From Nitrosopumilus sp. (lineage in GTDB: Archaea > Thermoproteota > Nitrososphaeria > Nitrososphaerales > Nitrosopumilaceae): a DNA stretch of 64,000 nt. Location: NCBI GenBank assembly GCA_965238275.1, contig OZ250186.1:896001-960000 (forward strand). Reading direction: 5' to 3'. This document shows, piece after piece, positions 59,180-64,000 of the stretch. Positions within the stretch are counted from its first letter, which is position 1. Each line of letters begins with the position of its first letter. Under the pieces are notes generated by a model. That model was not told the DNA's origin. It was given only the letters and a program-made list of their open reading frames with translations, and did not search any database. The position numbers were made by a program, and so were the translations under genes.

Positions 59180-62053
59180 ATGCAGTATGCAATTCTTAAA
59201 TTGATGTGCCGTGTCATACTACCATTGAGAATACACTTGTTCATGATTCTTGGAATGCTTGCAGCATGCATGATGGCATTTGATGCGCACGCACAGGAAT
59301 CCGATGCGGGGCTGCTGTCCGGGGAGGTTCGGATCGGCTCCCTCATGCCGATTACAGGCGAGCTTGAGGCACTCGGACTGGAGTTTCAGGCAGCAGAAGT
59401 CCTTGCAGTACGCGACTTTAACCAGTATCTGACTGACAAGAATGCAGACTGGTCACTCAAACTGATCCATGAGGACACGCAGTCGCTTCCCGCAGTTACC
59501 CTGGAGAAACTGGAGCTGCTGCACGCCCAGGGAATAACATCTGTCCTGGGGCCGCTGGACAGTGCCAGCCTGCAGCATTCACGCGGATACATCGACTCCA
59601 ACCAGATACTGGCCGTCAGCTGCTGCTCCACGTCTCCTCTCCTTGCAATTCCCAACGACACCATCTTTAGGATGTCTGCAGACGACTCCGGCGGGAGCGT
59701 CGTGATGGCCAATCTTCTTGGCTACGCCGGAATCGATGTCATGATCCCAGTATGGAGGACTGACACGTGGGGAATAGCATACGAGGACAGCATGCGGCAG
59801 CTGTTTGTAGCAGGAGGCGGTATTGTTGATGAAGGAATAATGTATGATCCCGGCGGGACTGATTTTTCGGATTCCACATCACTCCTGACACAAAGGGTGC
59901 AGACGTATGTGGACGAGTACGGATCACACAATGTGGCCATATTCTACATGGGATTCGGTGAAATTGTTCCGTTTATTCAGCATGCATCAGAGCATGACAT
60001 CCTTGATGATATCCGGTGGTTTGCAGCTGATCCCAATGTCCAAAACCCCGAACTCGTCTCGGACGCCGGAATACTCCGGTTTGTGACTGATACCGATTTT
60101 ACAACACTTCAGGCCACGTCAGGCAAAAACGAGGTCAGCCGGCATGTGCATGACACGCTGCTTGCAGAACTTGGCATGGAACCAATCATATTTTCAAGTG
60201 CTGCATACGACTCGGTCTGGATTACAGGCCTTGCGATGGAGATGACACAGAGTACTGATGTCGCACTGCTGCGTGATGCAATTCCAGTGGTTGCACAAAA
60301 GCATGTGGGCGCACTGGGATCCATACGCCTCAATGATGCAGGAGATCTGGCACATGCAAACTACGACATCTGGACCATAACAGACGGCCAGTGGGCCATG
60401 TCCGGTTCCTATTACCCGTTAAATAGCGAGTTTGTGTTTTCTGATGCCACGGCCGGATCACCTGCAGATGACCGGATCACGATAGGGGGAATACTTCCAA
60501 TTACAGGCGATGCATCAATCAGCGGCGAACAGCTGGACGTGGCAGTGGAATACGCAGAGGCCCGATTCAACGAATACCTGCAGGAAAACGGCATTGACTG
60601 GACCCTGCATGTGGTGATATCTGACAGTACGACTGATCCTGGAACCGCGCTGGAGAGGCTTGCCACGTATCATCAAAACGGCATCGATATAGTGGTGGGG
60701 CCGTATTCCAGTGCGGAACTTGCAGCAATGAAGGATTATGCAGACTCTAACGGGATGATACTGGTAAGCCCGGGCTCTACTGCCCCGTCCCTTGCGATTC
60801 CAGGCGATAACATCTTCCGCCTTGTTCCAGACGATACGCAAAACGGGGACGTGCTTGCAAATCTCTTTGAGGCAGGAGGGATCACAAGCGTGGTTCCAAT
60901 ATGGAGGGGAGACACCTGGGGCGACGGGCTGGTACGGATTGCCGGGGAGTCCTTTGCCGAAATCGGGGGAAGCATGGATGACGGGGTGAGGTATTCTACG
61001 GACACGGCTGACTTTTCAGAAGACGTATCGGCACTTTCTGAAATTGTCCGGCGCCACACGGATGCCGGGGACGGAGGCAAGACTGCAGTCCTTGCCTTGG
61101 GTTTCCAGGAGATAGTGCCGCTGATCCAGGCAGCATTACTCCATGACAATCTTGATGACGTGGCCTGGTTTGTCCATTCCGGAACACTGCCTGCCAATGA
61201 ACTGCTTGGAAATCCCGATACTGCAGGTTTCATGCAGGCAGTCATGATGACCGGTTCGCAGTTTGAACCCGTGCCAAACCAAATACTTGATCAGGTAAAT
61301 GCCGTCGTGTCCGATGCGACCGGCCGTACCCCAATCGTGTACGTGGCAGGCGCATATGACGCAGTATGGATACTGGGACTTTCAATAATTGCATCCGGCT
61401 CTGCTGCTGCTGATACTGCCGCGATCCTTGAGGCAATGCCTGGCGTACTGGAAGGGTACGACGGGGCACTCGGGCAGGTATCTGTCAACGGGGCAGGCGA
61501 CCTTGAGAGAACCAACTACGGCATATACAGCATTCAGGATTCTGCATGGGAACGGTCGGGTGGATATGACGGTGCCACAGGCGAGATTACCTTCGTTGAC
61601 GACACACCGCCGGAGACCGGTCAGGATCCGGAGACCGGTCAGGATCCGGAGACCGGTCCGGGCGGTGGTGGATGCCTGATCGCAACTGCCGCATACGGCA
61701 GCGAGCTTGCACCACAGGTTCAGTTCCTGCGTGAAATCAGGGATGGCACGCTGCTCTCCACTGCATCCGGAACATCGTTCATGACAGGATTCAACCAGGT
61801 GTATTATTCCTTCTCGCCTGCAGTTGCAGATATTGAACGGGAGAACCCGGTATTCAGGGATACCGTACTGACATTAATCACGCCCGGTCTGTACGCCATG
61901 AACATCATGACGCTTGCAGACCCCGGTTCTGAGATGTCAGTCCTGGTATTTGGAATGCTTTCAATTGGGGCAGTAGCCGGAATCTATGTGGTGGGGCCGG
62001 CAGCGGCAATACGCACCGTTCAGAGAAGAATAAGGGTATCTGCCAGGGGATAG
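59180..62053 (+). CDS. Tandem LivJ-type substrate-binding protein with CFI-box-CTERM anchor
   Basis: Two type-I periplasmic binding domains (IG..P.TG, YDAVW); GGGCLIATAAYGSELAPQVQFLREIRD; C-terminal TM helix. Start uncertain. Confidence 0.85.
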   Translation: MQYAILKLMCRVILPLRIHLFMILGMLAACMMAFDAHAQESDAGLLSGEVRIGSLMPITGELEALGLEFQAAEVLAVRDFNQYLTDKNADWSLKLIHEDTQSLPAVTLEKLELLHAQGITSVLGPLDSASLQHSRGYIDSNQILAVSCCSTSPLLAIPNDTIFRMSADDSGGSVVMANLLGYAGIDVMIPVWRTDTWGIAYEDSMRQLFVAGGGIVDEGIMYDPGGTDFSDSTSLLTQRVQTYVDEYGSHNVAIFYMGFGEIVPFIQHASEHDILDDIRWFAADPNVQNPELVSDAGILRFVTDTDFTTLQATSGKNEVSRHVHDTLLAELGMEPIIFSSAAYDSVWITGLAMEMTQSTDVALLRDAIPVVAQKHVGALGSIRLNDAGDLAHANYDIWTITDGQWAMSGSYYPLNSEFVFSDATAGSPADDRITIGGILPITGDASISGEQLDVAVEYAEARFNEYLQENGIDWTLHVVISDSTTDPGTALERLATYHQNGIDIVVGPYSSAELAAMKDYADSNGMILVSPGSTAPSLAIPGDNIFRLVPDDTQNGDVLANLFEAGGITSVVPIWRGDTWGDGLVRIAGESFAEIGGSMDDGVRYSTDTADFSEDVSALSEIVRRHTDAGDGGKTAVLALGFQEIVPLIQAALLHDNLDDVAWFVHSGTLPANELLGNPDTAGFMQAVMMTGSQFEPVPNQILDQVNAVVSDATGRTPIVYVAGAYDAVWILGLSIIASGSAAADTAAILEAMPGVLEGYDGALGQVSVNGAGDLERTNYGIYSIQDSAWERSGGYDGATGEITFVDDTPPETGQDPETGQDPETGPGGGGCLIATAAYGSELAPQVQFLREIRDGTLLSTASGTSFMTGFNQVYYSFSPAVADIERENPVFRDTVLTLITPGLYAMNIMTLADPGSEMSVLVFGMLSIGAVAGIYVVGPAAAIRTVQRRIRVSARG
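61609..61660 (+). repeat. 18-bp tandem repeat (PETGQD linker), about three copies
   Basis: CCGGAGACCGGTCAGGAT units. Confidence 0.85.
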
Positions 62054-62610
62054 TTTCAGGCATTGCCCTGTACGAGATGCCGGGACACATTCACTTGGTT
62101 TGCCTGCCGGTGATCTGTATGGCCACCTTAAATTCCACAACTTTCAATCACGGTGCAGTTCTTCAAGCAACTCCTTGAGAGTTCCAGTCTTGTGTTCTTT
62201 TGGATTGCTGTAGAAATTCTTAACGTCCTTTATCTCCTCGGATGACAGTGGGATGGAATCTACCTGTACCTTGTCTGACATCTGTTTTTATTCGCACTGT
62301 CCATAAAAAAACACTTTGGAAGGACAGTACGTCCTCAGATCCGTGCCTGAAAACTGATCAGAATATCCATCAATTTAGGCTGTCATTGTTTGGATCATGG
62401 GAATGCCGTCATGTGATGCGGGAATCGCCCATCAGGGATCCGGACTGGAGGATATTCGGACAGCCTTTGCGTGAGGAGCGGATACCTGTGGCTGCTACGG
62501 CCCAGACTGCCTAGAACTGTGTATTTGGTACAAATGGATGATTTGGGGATCTGAGGATGTATACCCTCCCGAATGCAACTATTAAATTCAGGATGCGTAC
62601 TGCCGATCCT

Positions 62611-64000
62611 GTGGAGATTGACACTACGCCGGAGCTTGTCTCTGGCGTTTATCAAAGATTGAAAGAAAACGTTGCTCGGTATCGCGATGTGGTCAAAAGG
62701 CCGCTCACGCTTGCAGAGAAGATACTGGCGGGTCACCTTGACGTGATGGGTAAGGATACCCCCGTGGGAGGACGAGACTATGTCCTTCTCAGGCCGGATC
62801 GCGTCGCACTGCAGGACGTGACAGGCCAGATGGTCATGCTTCAGTTCATGCAGGCAGGACTGGACACGGCGGCCCTGCCGACCACTGTGCACTGTGATCA
62901 TCTAATCCGGGCAGAGGTTCGGGGGGATGTGGACATGAAGGTATCACTTGACGAGAACAGCGAGGTCTTTGGATTTTTACAGTCGGCTGCTGCAAGATAC
63001 GGATGCGGATTCTGGAGGCCGGGGGCAGGAATCATACACCAGGTGGTTTTGGAAAATTATGCATTTCCTGGAGGACTGATGATTGGAACCGACTCGCACA
63101 CACCCAATGCCGGGGGCCTTGGCATGGTTGCAATCGGAGTCGGCGGCCTTGATGCAGCCGAGACCATGGCTGGCATGCCATGGGAGCTGCTGTACCCAAA
63201 AATAATCGGAGTCAGACTGACTGGCAGGCTCAACGGCTGGACCTCACCCAAGGACGTAATCCTAAAGGTCGCAGAAGAGCTTACAGTATCCGGAGGCACC
63301 AATGCGATAGTGGAGTATTTTGGCCCCGGAACAGAATCCATCAGCTGCACAGGCAAGGCCACCATTACAAACATGGGAGCCGAGATAGGCGCGACCTGCT
63401 CCGTGTTCCCATACGATGACAGGATGAGGACGTATCTGAACCATACCGGCAGGGCCGGAATATCAAAACTTGCAGACTCGTACAGGGATCTGCTTGTGGC
63501 AGATCCCGAGGTGGAGCAGACACCTGAAAAATTCTTTGATCGCATAATTGAGATTAACCTGTCGACTCTGGAGCCGCACATAGTAGGGCCGCACACGCCT
63601 GATCTGGCACGTCCAATCTCGGATCTGGCACGCGACGTCCGGTCCGAGGATTACGTGGATTCGATATCAGTTGCCCTGATTGGAAGCTGCACCAACTCAT
63701 CCTACGAGGACATGTCAAGGGCCGCAAGCCTGGCAGAACAGGCAAGGGCCATGGGAGTCAGATCCAAGATCCCGCTGCTAGTCACGCCAGGCTCCGAACA
63801 GATTCGGGGCACAATAGAGCGGGACGGGCAGATGGAGTCCCTCAAGGGGATTGGCGCCACGGTTCTTGCAAACGCATGCGGCCCGTGCATAGGCCAGTGG
63901 AACCGGCCGGAGATTGTAGAGGATCAGAGAAACACCATAGTCACGACATTTAACCGGAACTTTCCTGGCAGAAACGACGGACGCAGGAGCACGCTGAACT
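62611..64000 (+). CDS. acnA: Aconitate hydratase (runs off the window)
   Basis: [57 protein letters not shown]. Confidence 0.93.
   Translation, partial: MEIDTTPELVSGVYQRLKENVARYRDVVKRPLTLAEKILAGHLDVMGKDTPVGGRDYVLLRPDRVALQDVTGQMVMLQFMQAGLDTAALPTTVHCDHLIRAEVRGDVDMKVSLDENSEVFGFLQSAAARYGCGFWRPGAGIIHQVVLENYAFPGGLMIGTDSHTPNAGGLGMVAIGVGGLDAAETMAGMPWELLYPKIIGVRLTGRLNGWTSPKDVILKVAEELTVSGGTNAIVEYFGPGTESISCTGKATITNMGAEIGATCSVFPYDDRMRTYLNHTGRAGISKLADSYRDLLVADPEVEQTPEKFFDRIIEINLSTLEPHIVGPHTPDLARPISDLARDVRSEDYVDSISVALIGSCTNSSYEDMSRAASLAEQARAMGVRSKIPLLVTPGSEQIRGTIERDGQMESLKGIGATVLANACGPCIGQWNRPEIVEDQRNTIVTTFNRNFPGRNDGRRSTLN

Overview
Chromosomal window of an ammonia-oxidising archaeon (Nitrosopumilaceae). 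Its GC content looks higher than in planktonic Nitrosopumilus and it is rich in IS elements, so a host-associated lineage is possible (inference). It carries the amo cluster (amoB, amoC, amoX, amoA and two AmoY/AmoZ-like genes) and three tandem thrombospondin type-3 repeat proteins. Housekeeping genes include tbp, rps3ae, rps15, serS, trpS, pheS, pheT, dus, coaD, aconitase and a geranylgeranyl reductase. There are four tRNAs, one with two introns, and a probable H/ACA-type sRNA. Mobile elements are one IS66 and two different intact IS5-family elements with TIRs and TSDs, plus a scrambled third IS5 copy. The most notable find is two transposase-free elements encoding TnpB with all three RuvC catalytic residues, bounded not by IS200/605 hairpin ends but by IS630/Tc1-mariner-like terminal inverted repeats (TAG...CTA) with TA target-site duplications. 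Removing copy 2 restores an interrupted host gene in frame. Copy 2 is also a chimera with two nested right ends. Separately, all four classical IS insertions lie 44-49 bp upstream of a host start codon, back-to-back with its promoter.
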